Assembly (NCBI RefSeq): GCF_004010195.1
Contig: NC_057719.1
Location: forward strand, 17,904,165 to 17,968,164
Reading direction: 5' to 3'
Length of the DNA stretch: 64,000 nt
DNA from: Chiloscyllium plagiosum
Taxonomy: Eukaryota
Shown here in pieces: positions 25,161 to 37,420 of the stretch. Numbering within the stretch: position 1 is the stretch's first letter; every line of letters starts with the position of its first letter. Both the position numbers and the translations under genes were made by a program. The notes under the pieces were generated by a model. That model saw only the letters and a list, made by a program, of their open reading frames with translations. It was not told the DNA's origin and searched no databases.

Positions 25161-25467
25161 ATGGAGATGGAGAGGTCCAGGAGGGGGAGGGAGGTGTCAG
25201 AGATGGTCCAGTTAAATTTAAGGTCAGGGTGGAATGTGTTGGTGAAGTTGATGAATTGCTCAACCTCCTTGCGGGAGCACGAGGTGGCGCCAATGCAGTC
25301 ATCAACGTAGCGGAGGAAGAGGTGGGGAGTGGTGCCGGTGTAATTATGGAAGATCGACTGTTCTACGTAGCCAACAAAGGGACAGGCATAGCTCGGGCAC
25401 ATACGGGTGCCCACCCCCACCCTCCTCTCATTTATGTCTCCACCCTTCAGACTCTCTGCCTGTATTC

Positions 25468-25495
25468 CTGATGAAGGGCTTTTGCCCGAAACGTC
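25468..25495 (+). ncRNA. Minimal hammerhead ribozyme core
   Basis: ctgatgaagggcttttgcccgaaacgtc. Confidence 0.7.
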
Positions 25496-25634
25496 GATTT
25501 TACTGCTCCTTGGATGCTGCCTGAACTGCTGTGCTTTTCCAGCACCACTCTAATCTAGACTCTGGTTTCCAGCATCTGCGGTCATTGTTTTTACCTCATT
25601 CATTGCTCATCCCTTGGAAAAGAATGAGATAACA

Positions 25635-25900
25635 ACATAGTGGGAACATCACTGGACTAGTAACCCAGATGTCTAGGTCAGTGTCTGGGAACATAGGTTA
25701 AAGTCTTAACAAAACTGCTGCTGGAAATTAAATCCAATGAATAAAATCTGGAATTAAGATTCTAATGATGATGCTAAATCTACTATAAACTGCTGGAAAA
25801 CCCATCTGGTTCACCAATGCCTTCAGGGAATGAAACTGTTATATTTACTTGGTCTGGCCTACATGTGACTCCAGGCCCACAACAATGTGGTCTGAATCTG
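25635..25900 (+). mobile_element. LINE-T 5' UTR or short-derivative copy
   Basis: aaatctggaattaagattctaatgatg..cccatctggttcaccaatgccttcaggg..tggtctggcctacatgtgactccag matches 3950-4090. Confidence 0.75.
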
Positions 25901-27375
25901 CAATTCATTGAGTGTCCTTCCTCCAGCTTCTGGGTCCCATCCTGTGGCACAGTAGTAGTGTCCCTATCCCTGAGCTGGGATACCCAGGTTCAAATCCAAG
26001 ACGTCAATTAACAATGCTATTGCTGTTTGCTGACTGTGTAACATCTACAAGACGAACTGCAGAAATTTACCAAGATTCCTTAGACAGCACCTTCCAAAAC
26101 CAATGGCTACTTATCATTCAGAAAGACGAAGACAACAAACAAATGGGAACACCATTAGTGCCACTCACCATGCTGACTGAGAAATGTATCACCTTTCACT
26201 CAGTATCACTGGCTCAAAATCCTGGAAGTCCCTCCCAATTGGCAATGTGGGACTGCAGCAGTTCAAGAAGGCAGCTTACCACCACCTTCTCAAGGGCAAC
26301 TAAAGATGAGCAATAAATAATGGTGCAGCCAGTGATGTCCACATTCCCTATTACTGAAATTTTAAAACAAGCTATTTGCTAAGATGGGCACAGATTAATT
26401 CACAAGACAGCAATAGAAAGGATCCTCATTCATGGCTTTCTAACCACTAGCCAGAGAATCCTACAAAATAAAATTTGATTGGCAATGTCCATTTCAATAG
26501 ATCATCAATATTCATCATTTAGGGACAAATTTGAAGGATTGACTGCTTTGATGACATACTTTCAAATCGCCATAAATTTCCAAAGCCATACTTTACTCAA
26601 ATTGACGCTTTTGGGAGAAGTAGGGAGTTGTAGGGGTGGAAACGCATTACATATAAACTTTCAGGTTAATATACATTGTGCCGAAATGTACAACCACACT
26701 TAAATTGCCTGCACAAACACAGTACACTTTGCCGTCCACACAGTACGTGTGGATAACTTACATGTAACCTGTGTAATTAAGCACAATCTGCATTACAAGG
26801 GGTGAATACAATGTAATCTGGGCTTGGTATTGATCTTACAAAAACCCTACTTTTGTCTTTAACATACACCTGTTATTTTTGATTACTTGTCCTCTAGCCT
26901 GGCCACTCACATCCACATATTTCATTTGAGGAAAGGGAGCACACAGGTTGGAAGTTCCAGCTCCTCGCAGCTGCTGATCTGTGCTGCTTTGTACTGAGCT
27001 GAAAGGAGGCAGATTTTGTTGTGCAAAAAGGATAAAGGGCCAATTTTAGCCCCAAGGTAACATATGTCACCAGGCTGCCTGGTCGTATGCATACTATTAA
27101 GGGGAAAGAGCTGGATGAGATTCTACAAAGGTTATGTTCCCCAATATTTCTCGGCAAGATATCCTCCCAATTTTACAAAAACAAAAGAATAATTTTATCC
27201 TGTTAAAGGCAAGAGCTCATCATGTGGACACTGATCATTGTCTAGGTCTGCCATCTTTGTAATGTTTCCTGAGCTTGATAATATTGCCTTGCTTATTCCC
27301 AGCAGTCTCTGCTTCTCGCTACTTTCAGTGCAGCAAATTTCTTCCTTTACTGAGGTGGGTTCTTTCTTTAATTTG

Positions 27376-27706
27376 GAGCGGCACAGTGACCCAGTGGCCC
27401 AGTGGCTCGCACTGCTGCCTCACAGTGCCAGTGACCTGGTTTTGATTCCTGCCTCAGGCAACAGTCTCCTAGACACTGCACATTCTCCCAGTGTCTGTGT
27501 GGGTTTCTATTGGGTGCTCTGGTTTCCTTACATAATCCAAAAATGTGCAGGTCAGATGAATTAGCCATGCTAAATTGCCCATATTGTTAGGTGCATTAGT
27601 CTGGAGTAAATATAGGTTAGGGGAATGGGTCTGGATGGGTTGCTCTTTGGAGGACCAGTGTGGACTTGTTGGGTCAAATGGCCTCTTTCCACAAGGTAGG
27701 GATCTA
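27376..27706 (+). mobile_element. HE1 SINE
   Basis: HE1 head with a short internal duplication (cccagtg x2), body and tail. Confidence 0.88.
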
Positions 27707-27997
27707 ATGTGAGAAAAATTAGGACTGTGCCTCACATTTCAGGACCCAGATTCTGAAGAAAACAACAAAATAGAATTCCAACAATTTGTTAGCAAAAAGA
27801 GAATCTCAAACAAATTATTATAATGGACATGGTTACTTGAGGATAGAGTCACCCTTTTGTCTTATCTTTGAGAAGGTGGTGGGTAAAAATCCTTCCTAAG
27901 GGCATTGTGGGTCTACATAAGCATGAACTGCACTGGTTCAAGATTACAGCTCACCACCACCACCACCTCCTCAAGGACAACTAGGGACAAGCAATAA

Positions 27998-28699
27998 TAG
28001 AACATAGAACATAGAAGAATACAGCGCAGTACAGGCCCTTGGGCCCTCGATGTTGCGCCGATCCAAGCCCACCTAAACTACACTAACCCACTATCCTCCA
28101 TATACCTATCCAATGCCCTCTTAAATGCCCATAAAGAGGGAGAGTCCACCACTGTTACTGGCAGGGCATTCCATGAACTAACGACTCGCTGAGTGAAGAA
28201 CCTACCCCTAACATCAGTCCTATATCTACCCCACCTTAATTTAAAGCTATGCCCCCTTGTAATACCCGACTCAATACGCGGGAAAAGGTTCATACTGTCG
28301 ACCCTATCTAACCCCCTAATCATCTTGTACACCTCAATCAAGTCACCCCTAAACCTTCTTTTCTCTAATGAAAACAGCCCCAAGTGTCTCAGTCTTTCCT
28401 CATACGATCTTCCTTCCATACCAGGCAACATCCTGGTAAACCTCCTCTGCACCCATTCCAGTGCCTCCACATCCTTCCTATAATATGGCGACCAAAACTG
28501 CACACAATATTCCAGATGCGGCCGCACCAGAGTCTTATACAACTGCATCATGACCTCAGGACTCCGGAACTCAATTCCTCTACCAATAAAAGCCAATACG
28601 CCATATGCCTTCCTCACCGCACTATTTACCTGGGTGGCAACTTTCAGAGATCTGTGTACATGGACACCAAGATCCCTCTGCTCATCCACACTACCAAGT
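27998..28699 (-). mobile_element. Young CR1 3' end with an open ORF2 C-terminus (203 aa, 28078-28689) and (gttctat)n tail
   Basis: QRDLGVHVHRSLK..LVRPHLEYCVQFWSP..VQRRFTRMLPG..FFTQRVVSSWNALP without stops. CpGs are retained. Confidence 0.95.
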
Positions 28700-28758
28700 A
28701 TAAGGGCGCAGGCTCAGAGGGCCGATGTGTCTACTCATGCACTGTGTAGATCTTTGTG

Positions 28759-29502
28759 GTAAACCTCCCTCCGACTTTCCACATCAAACACTGGTATGAC
28801 AGGGTTCGTGTATATTTGGATATTAAGTGAGGCTTCTTCGACATGGTCCTCATCAAACTCTCCCAGGACAGTTACGAGATCGTGTTAGATACAGATAATA
28901 CCTTCCTGACACTATCCCCATCAAATAATATGTGATATGAATAAAACGGCGTTGGATACAAAGTAATACACGACTAGAGGTCCCCCACCAAAATTCCCAG
29001 AACAGGGACAGCATTGGGTCAGATATGCATTAAATCTTCTTGTCCACCGTCCCTATCAAATACTCCCAAGGCTGGAACAATATGGGTTTAGATACACAGC
29101 AGAGCTGCCTCTATACTGTTCCCATCTAACAAACCCATTACAGGGTTAGGAGGGGGTTAAAGGCAGAGGAAATCTCTCTCTGTACTGTCCCTCATTCATC
29201 ACTCCAATTACTGGGACAGAATGTGACTACGTACAGAGTAAAAATGTCTCGACACTGTCCTCATCAAACTCTGCGAGAACAGGGAGAGAACGAGGATTGA
29301 TACAGCATAAATAGTGCTCTGCACTGTGCTCAGTAAAAACTCCCAGGATTCATACAGGACCTGGTTAAATACAGAGAAGAGCTCTTTCGACAAGGTCCAC
29401 ATCAAATACTCCAAGGACTGGGACAGTATGACAAGAGATGCAGAGAAAAGTTATTTTAACACTGTCTACATCAAACACTCCAAAGATACGGACAGCACAC
29501 CC
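28759..29502. repeat. Degenerate tandem array: 11 units of ~69 bp
   Basis: catcaaa-like anchors at 28782, 28851, 28919, 28986, 29054, 29123, 29193, 29262, 29331, 29400 and 29469 (spacing 67-70). Approximate consensus acagagtaaagctccctctacactgtccccatcaaacactcccaggacagggacagcacggggttagat. Confidence 0.9.
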
Positions 29503-30300
29503 TAATTTAAGACTGAGTAGAGGAGGAATTTCTTTTCTCACACAGTTTGAGTTCTTTGTACCTCCTTCCAACACAGAACTTGTGTATGTTTAAATCTGAT
29601 ATCGATTCTTGATCCAGTAAGGGAATCCAGTGTGTTGGAAAAAGTGCAAGAAAGTGGGTTTGAGGTCTGTAAAAATAGCCAAGATCCTTTGGAATGGCAC
29701 AACAGGGTCGAGGGGCCAGACCGACTATTCCAGCTCTTATTTTCTTTTTGTTGCCTTATGTACACCTCATAATCATACTGCTCACTATTGGGTATGATGT
29801 GAAAATAGTTGCATCTATCCACTCTACCATGCTGTTTTTCTGAGTCTCCACCTAATAAAGGCACTCCAATCCCACAACACTACTCAGATCACAGTTGCAA
29901 AGCTGTGAACAGTTTTATACCTCTGATATCAGGAAAGGTGTTCTGGCATTCAATGCAGTGCAGTGAGGATTCGCTAGAATGACAGTGGGTGTGGAGGGAC
30001 ACTCTTACGAGGAAAGCTTGAGTAAGTTGTGCTTCTGCTCATTGGCAAATAGAAAGTTTGTTGTTTTTCTTTCCCTGCCTAAGAAATGAAGGACTTGCCA
30101 CAGAGAGAGTGCAGCAGACAGTCACGAGGCTGATGCTAAAGATGTCGAGGATGACGTCTGAGGACAGATTACATCTTTTAGGGAATTGACTGGAATTCAG
30201 AAGAACTCGAAGAGATCTGATTTAAAATAATGCAACTGCAACAGATCTGTACAGAATAGGTGCAAGGAGGATATTCTTCATGCTTGGATACTCCAAATTC
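29503..30300 (+). mobile_element. Three old CR1 fragments within the cargo segment
   Basis: CR1 3' UTR at 29503-29760, and two fragments resembling the VQRRFTR..YEERL region (~29910-30055, ~30070-30300). Confidence 0.65.
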
Positions 30301-30547
30301 ATGGTGAAAGTCGCAAGATGTTGGCCAAGTCACATCGAACACCAGACTCGTTTCTGTTCTCAAGTATATCAATGTTTGATTTGGACAGAACACGAAAGTG
30401 TATTCATTCTTACAGTCCTGCTTTTCATAAATGTTCGTAATTAATCTGAAGATGAAAGTGGCCCATTGGATTATTTATGTCGATCTCAGTAAAGCAGACT
30501 TGGCAATGTGTCCTTGCTCTTCAAAGCCAATGTGCTTGCATCTTCTT

Positions 30548-30609
30548 GGGTGGCACCGTGGCACAGTGGTTAGCACTGCTGCCTCACAGCGCCAGAGATC
30601 TGGGTTCAG
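30548..30609 (+). mobile_element. HE1 head only, cut inside the B-box
   Basis: gggtggcaccgtggcacagtggttagcactgctgcctcacagcgccagagatctgggttca, then an abrupt switch to CR1. Confidence 0.85.
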
Positions 30610-30611
30610 TT

Positions 30612-31007
30612 TTGTAGGCCTGTCTACATACTGTGTCAGGAATCCCTCCTGCACGCACTGGACAAAAACTGACCCATCTATATTACTCGTACTGTAATGA
30701 TCCAAGTCAATATTTGGATAGGTGAGGTCCCCCATGACAACTACCCAGCCTGTCTCACTCCTATCGAGAGCCATGTTTGCTATCCTTTCCTCTGGGATTA
30801 TTCGGAGACCAATAGAAAATTCCCAGCACGGTGACTTCTCCTTTCCTATTCCTAACCTCAGCCCAAACTACCTCAGATGGCAAGTCCTCATCCATCGTCC
30901 TTTCCACCGCTGTAATACTATCTTTGACAAGCAATGCCACACCTCCCCCTCTTTTACCCCCACCTCTAAACCTACTAAAACATTTAAATCCCGGAACCTG
31001 CAACAGC
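30612..31007 (-). mobile_element. Young CR1 endonuclease-domain fragment
   Basis: QVPGFKCFSR..GGGVALLVKD..VVVMGDLTYPNID..EGFLTQYVDRPT (ORFs 30761-31003 and 30475-30774, one frameshift). Confidence 0.92.
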
Positions 31008-31431
31008 CAATAACTGCTTGACCAGCCTCTGACATCAATGTCTCACGCGTGAATTAAACAAAACCTCCAGGATTGTCCAAGAAATCACAGGAATGAAATA
31101 GTAATAACCTGGACTCTGAAATTCTGGGCAATCATTATAAGAACTCTAAAGATCATTGTGTGTTTTCATTTCTTGAGCATTTTTATTCATCAGTTAGAAA
31201 ACATAAGTTAAGCAGAGGTACTAAGGGATATAGGCTGCAGGCAGGTAAATGGAGTTAGGCCACAGATCAGCCATGAGTTCATTGAATGGCGGAACAAGCT
31301 CGAGGGGCTGACTGGCCTCCTGCTGTTCCTATAAATGGACAGTAAAAAAATGCTGTTCAACTGAGTTCCTGATCAACATTACAGGATTAATCCTCCATGA
31401 ACACACTTTACTGGAGTTGACAACCCCAAAG

Positions 31432-31552
31432 ACACTGCAGATGCTGGAGATTATGGTAAAAATTAGAGTGGTGCTGAAAAAGCACAGCAGGTCAGGCAGC
31501 ATCCGAGGAGCAGGAAAACTTGATGAAGGGCTTTTCCAGCACCACTCTAACC
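31432..31552. mobile_element. PLE mini-insertion (inverted)
   Basis: 15-bp TSD ttg(a/g)caaccccaaag at 31417-31431 and 31553-31567. Confidence 0.8.
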
Positions 31553-32197
31553 TTGGCAACCCCAAAGCCATTCGAACCTTATAGGTATGAAACCATGTCA
31601 ATATCAACACTGTCAGCAGACGTTGAGGGACTGGGTGGTGGTGGAGGGAGAAAAAAATATCAAGGGACATTTGGAAGGGGGAAAGACAAATGGTGTGAAG
31701 TTTGGGGGTGGGTGCAGATGGAGGGAGCAAGTGGGTGGGCTAGCAATGAAATTAGCAGAGATAGAGAGCTGGCAAGAAGTCCAGTAGGAGGGAAACACAT
31801 AAAATGCTGAACGAGGACTCGTTGCTAAAGTGTATGTTGGTTCAGATTCATAAGGGGATTAAAAGCTTTTGATATCTTAGGTTCCTCTTCCTTTATAATG
31901 CAAACAGATGTTTCGCGACAAGCTCTGTAATAGTGGATGAGATTTGTGACACGGACACGGAGTGTTGTCCACGTCTCGTTGATTTAATCCCTCATCGGAG
32001 GACAGTAATGGAGCAGCAGCTGTGTGGCTTGTACCTAACTCCTGCCCTTTTGTTATCTTTTTGCCTTCTTGTTTATCTATCGTTTTCAAAAAAAAAAACA
32101 ACAAAGCCTTGTTTTATTTTTCCGCTGTTTGGTGTGAGTGAAGGGAAACAGCAAATCAAGAGCTCGGGGAGTTGGCTGGGTGGGGGGGTGTAGAAAG

Positions 32198-32219
32198 GAG
32201 AGAGAGAGAGAGAGAGAGA
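32198..32219. repeat. (GA)11 microsatellite
   Basis: Read directly from the sequence. Confidence 0.95.
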
Positions 32220-34544
32220 ACTCTGTGGCTGAGACAAATCTCTAGAGCCACGGATAGAGGAGATGGTAATGACAGATTTTTAATGTGGCGGGAGACTGAC
32301 AAGATTTCTGCAAGAGTGTCTTCTGAGCTCTCTCGCACCAGATGGAATGTGAACGACTCATTCGAGTATGGAAAACATCTGATATACACAGTCACTGCGT
32401 TATTGTCTTTTATCCCCCCTTGTCTCTCCTTTCCTCATTTTTTAATATTGCTCACAATATGCTCGCATGGCCCTACGCAACCCCCCACACAATTGCATTT
32501 TTAAAATGTGTGTCCTACCAGTTTAATTGATTGATTATTTTGTTCCAGCTCTGTGAGGCTCCAAATTTGTCTTTAATAGTCAGAGTCAGACCTTGCAGTT
32601 ATTGGGAGTCCCCTGGCATCTATTTGATCTAAACTGGAAAGCCATTACCAGTTAATACATGTATATTCTGTTGAAAGAAAATTATCAGTAATGAAATGAG
32701 GGAAAAATTACTGAATGGTTATGGGCGAAAGCAGATGTTGTGGAGGAATTATGCTAGCATAGCTAATCACCAGTGAAACTTTGTGTGATAGGGTGTTAAA
32801 GAAAGGAGGGGTGAATATCTCACTTTCTGCTCTCGAGTGAAGGAACAAAGAGGCATATAGTGACTAATTACAAATACGGTTCTAATTTACCGTAAGTGGA
32901 TTGTGTTTTAAAGGGGAATTGTCATGAGGTGCCCATGTATCCTGCTCTCTCATTCCTTTATATGCACAGATGCCATTTTAAAATATCAAGCATGGTTTCA
33001 GTCAGACAAACCTAAAGCCCTTGTGACAGAAGAGACCATTTCAAATCATCTTAGTGGATGGGTTCTTTGGAGAAAATCATTTTTGTCAGTGATATTGTCC
33101 CTTTTAAAATCCTCTGGTGAGGTATTTCAGCTAATTTGCGATGGCTTTCCATACATGCATTTGAAGTCTTCAAATTTATTTCATCCAACTGGAACAGACT
33201 TCTGAAGGAGTTTCATTTTTATTTTCAAATTTCATTCATTACACCTTTACAGAAAGGTCTGCTCCTGTGAAATAAAATACGAAAACTATGATATTTCACT
33301 CGAGAATCAGGAAAAATTAGTGAGGGGGTAAGTTATGACTGGGTTTCCCTTCGACTGAAGTCAGGAGTGAGTCCCAAGGGGTGTGCAATAAAATTGCTGT
33401 AGTGAGGTTTAGGCAAAAGTGGTGTGTGAGATCCCAGAGGTTTTTAAGTGACAGGAGATTTGTCCGAGACATTGTAGTGAGGAGGAGTAGTGGAGTGTGA
33501 GTTTCTGGAGTTGCAGTGAGGGGAGAGGAGGAGGTTGGTGTGAAATCTTGGTGTGAAATCAATGAGATGGGTGTTATTGTTTCAGGTAGTGGTTCTGAAA
33601 GATTAATGTTGTATAGCATATTAGGCTCTAACCTATACCTATCATGCTTTATGCTATCATATATCAGATTACATTTTATTAAGACAAAAAGCCTCAACTT
33701 ATTGAGGCTCCCTAGTGGTTGTTCTACTGAGCACCAGATATCCTCCTAGAGCCAGTCAAAGAATGGTGGTAGCATCCTTCCAGCAACAAATAGTGAGTAA
33801 GAAGGAGAGAGTTACTGACTGTGAGGAATTGGAGCTATTGTGACAAGTTGAGTTGAAAAAGTATATAAAATAGAAAATAGGGGCAGGAGTAGGCTGTTTG
33901 GCCCTTTGAGCCTGCTCTGCCATTCAATATGATCATGGTTGATCATCCAACTCAGTCCCCTGTTCCTGCTTTCTCCCCATACGCTATTCTATAGGGGGAA
34001 AGCCCATAGTTGCCCCCACTGGAAGGGAGGGTGGGGTGTGATGGTGTATTGTATTTGTCAAAAACAAAGTTCAAGGGATAAGTGCAGTTGGAGGTAGTGG
34101 AAAGAATGATAAAATGGTCACTTTAGAGCATAGTAACTCCCACTCCCGCACAAACTAGTCCATTGTCTCAATGAGGTGCTTGGGTTGTGGATTGATCTAT
34201 TGTCTCTCTGGTGATATTTTGCTGTGAATTGATTTTTAAAGGAAAAAGCCAGCAGATAATATATTTGTGACCAATTGCATATTAAGCATTGAATGTTGAG
34301 CAAACAGCGATCTACAAAGAATGCTGCAAAGCCATGCTTTCTATCAAAAGCATAATTATTTTAAAACTGATTCAGTTTTAAAAGTTTGAACTGCAACATT
34401 TTTCTCAAAAAAAAAACTTAAAGACAACATCTACTAAGGTGACTACACATTTGCATCACAATACTTTGCAAATTTCAAAGCCATTAAAACTGAGTTCACT
34501 TGTTCAGAAATGTCACCTTGGAAGAATGTGAACAGGATATCTCA

Positions 34545-34625
34545 AGGCTTTTGCCCGAAACGTCGATTTTGCTGAAGCTCCTCGGATGCTGCCTGAACCG
34601 CTGTGCTCTTCCAGCACCATTGATC
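34545..34625 (+). mobile_element. PLE mini-insertion
   Basis: Flanked by caggatatctca at 34533-34544 and 34626-34637. Confidence 0.8.
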
Positions 34626-34659
34626 CAGGATATCTCACTATCTAGTCACAAAATATCCA

Positions 34660-37420
34660 GATAGTAATTTGTAAACTGGATGAGGAACAAGCATTAAATG
34701 GAATCACTTTGGACAATAGTTCTCTTGCTAAGATAGGATTTAATCAAGCCATGGTTAAATCATGCCTAAACCATGGAATTGGAATAAACTTGCTATGTTC
34801 ATGTTTGGAAAATTGATGATTAATGAAAAGGCCTCGCATGATGAGTCAACTAAAATTCCTATTGCACTTAAGAACCTCTCTTTTTTGACACAGAAGAAGG
34901 ACAGATGCCAGAGAAGCACAACTCCTGAATGGGTGTCTTCACCTCTCTGACTCTCCATATCCATTTTGCAAGCTCAAGGCTGGTGTTTGATCATTCATGC
35001 TCTCTGACAAAGTGGGAAATGAGGTAAAGGTGAAGAGATGGGATAGATGGTATGGTGCAAGAATTAAAGATGACCTTTATTTAAAACATCAGGATGTAGA
35101 TGCAGTTTGGATGGAGATGAGGAATGGTAGGAGAAAAATCATAGTAGGGGTGGTCTATAAGGCTAGGAAAAAGTGAAGATTCAGATGCTGGAGATCAGAG
35201 TCGAAAAGTGTGGTGCTGGAAAAGCACAGCAGGTCAGGCAGCATCCGAGGAGCAGGAGAAACAACGTTTCAGGCAAGAGCATTTTACATGGTCTATAAGG
35301 CTGCTTGTAAGTAATCTAGAAGTAATTCAGAGTGGAGGACAAAGTAGGATGAATTAATCTGGATGAGGAGTTCAGAGCATGCTTTTGAGATAGTTCTTAG
35401 AACTGCACATTCTAGAAGCAGCCATTGAGCATGTTATATCAAACTTGGTATTAGGCAATGTGGCAGGATTAACTAACAGTCTCAGAGTAAATGCACTCAT
35501 AGATATCAGTGACTGCAGTGAGATTTATTTACAGGCTCAGTTTGAATGGGAAAAGAGAGTGTTTAAGATAAGTACTTGAAAGACAAGTAGGGGCAACTAT
35601 GTGTGCATGAAATTTCTGCTTGTCAAAGTGAACTGGGATATTATGTTAGGGAATAGCTCAATAGAGTAACACTGATGGACATTTAAATAATTGTTTTCGA
35701 ATATTCAGGATAAATATATTGCGACCATAAAGACGAAATCCATGGGAGGAACCATGACCTGTGATTAACTGAACATGTCAAGAAAGATAGTCATTGTTTA
35801 TCATTGTTCTTTAAATATCACTGGTTCAATATCATAAAACTCTCTCCCTAACAGCATTGCAGATGCAACAATATGCAATGGATTCTCTCCATTCATGAAA
35901 GTGGCTCATATCAACTTTTCAAGGACACTGATGAATGGACAATAAATGTTGGTCCAGTCCATGAATATCACTTCCCATGAATTTTTAAAATAACTCAGGG
36001 CAATTGGGAAGAGTCAGCATGGGTTAATAAAAGAGAAGTCAGGTTTAACACATTTATGGGAGTTCTTTGAAGGTGTCAGATGGGCAGAGACATGGGAAAA
36101 CCTGCAGTTTACTTGAATTTCCAGAAGGCATGTGAGAAACTGTTACATAAAATGTTATTACTTAGGGAATAACATATTGTCATGAAAAGAAGATTGGCTA
36201 GCTAGCAGAAAACAGAGAGTATGTATCAGTAGATCTTCTGTTTGTCGAGGTATAACAAGAGGAATTCTGTAGGAGTCTGTTCAGGTGTCTCGGCTTTGAT
36301 AGTCTATGTCAATGATTTAGATGAGCAGTACAATTGCATGGTAACTAAATTTGCAGATGTCACGAAAATAGGTAGGAAAGTATGCTATGACGACAACTGA
36401 AGGAGGATATAAATTGAAATCGGTTGAATCAGGAGGTAAATATCTGGCAGATGAAGTATCAGATGGGGAAGTATGAAGTTGTTCATTTTGGAAGGAAGGA
36501 TGAAAAAAATGTAACAAACATTTTTTAAAAGTATTGTTTAAATGGAAACAACGACAGAATTCCAAGGTGCAGAGGGCTCTAGGTGTTCTCTCATATGAGT
36601 CATAGGTAGACAGATACAGAAAGTAATTATGAAGGCTAATGGAATGCTATCCTTTCTTACAAGAGGAATTAAGCATAAAAGGTTGGATCTAATGCTTCAG
36701 TTTAACAGCACAATTTAGAGACTACATCTCAATTACTGTGTGCAGTTTTGTTCTCTATATTTAAGGGAAGGATGTAACTTTATCTGATATTTTTCACAGG
36801 AGGTTTAATAGATCAATATTTTGAATGAATGGGGTGTGTTATGAGGAAAGATTTGACAGACTGAGCTTCTCTCTCCTGAATTTTGGCAGAATGAGGAGTG
36901 ACCGAGTTTATGTATATAAGATCCTGAACAGTCTTAACATGATGGACGTGGAAAGGATGTTTCATCTTGTAGGTAGGTCTGAACGAGAGAGCACTGTTCA
37001 AAAATAAGGAGCTGTCTTTTTCGGCCAAAAATGAGGGGAAAGGTTTTCTCTCAGGGGATTGTACAACTGTGGGACTCTGCCTCAGCGGATGGTGGAAGTG
37101 GAGCCATTGTTTACGTCAAAGGTAGATAGATTCTTGTTAGACAGGCCAATCAAACCAGAAGGAAAACCACTGAGATTTGTAAAGTCAACACAATAGTTCA
37201 TCTCACCTTGAAAAAATGGAGGGCCATTATGACCAGTATATTCATTTCCAAGTATTCCCGATTTTTACTTTTTTTTTCCTCTGAAGAAGTTAATTGTAAG
37301 GTATATGGGAAGCTGGAATTTGAAACACTGGCAGATCAGCCAGAAACATATTGAATGGTGTGTACTCTCAAAGAGCCAAATAGTCTACTTACTGCTCCTG
37401 ATTTATATGTCTGTGTTCAT
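34660..37420 (+). mobile_element. Heavily degraded CR1 ORF2 region(s) with nested PLE and LINE-T tail
   Basis: Remnants of SQHGL.K.KS, KFADVTKIG, YCVQF, YEERFDRL and the 3' UTR, in order. Confidence 0.75.
35165..35288 (-). mobile_element. PLE pLTR insertion
   Basis: 14-bp TSD tggtctataaggct at 35151-35164 and 35289-35302. Confidence 0.85.

Larger units (their letters stand above)
24188..25596. mobile_element. Young Penelope-like insertion: inverted RT-to-pLTR segment plus sense pLTR; spans an assembly gap
   Basis: 14-bp TSD cattcattgctcat (24174-24187, 25597-25610). The minus strand at 25161-25410 encodes the PLE RT GTRMCPSYAC..FLRYVDDCIG. Sense pLTR at ~25411-25596. Confidence 0.92.

Noticed and set aside
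24224..25420. 398-aa and 342-aa ORFs
   Set aside because: Their length is an artefact of translating the N gap. Only the PLE RT part is real.
28759..29502. Regularly spaced repeats as a CRISPR array or 23-aa repeat protein
   Set aside because: Whole units are homologous (no unique spacers), there are no cas genes, and the context is vertebrate. Indels shift the frame and no ORF spans the array.
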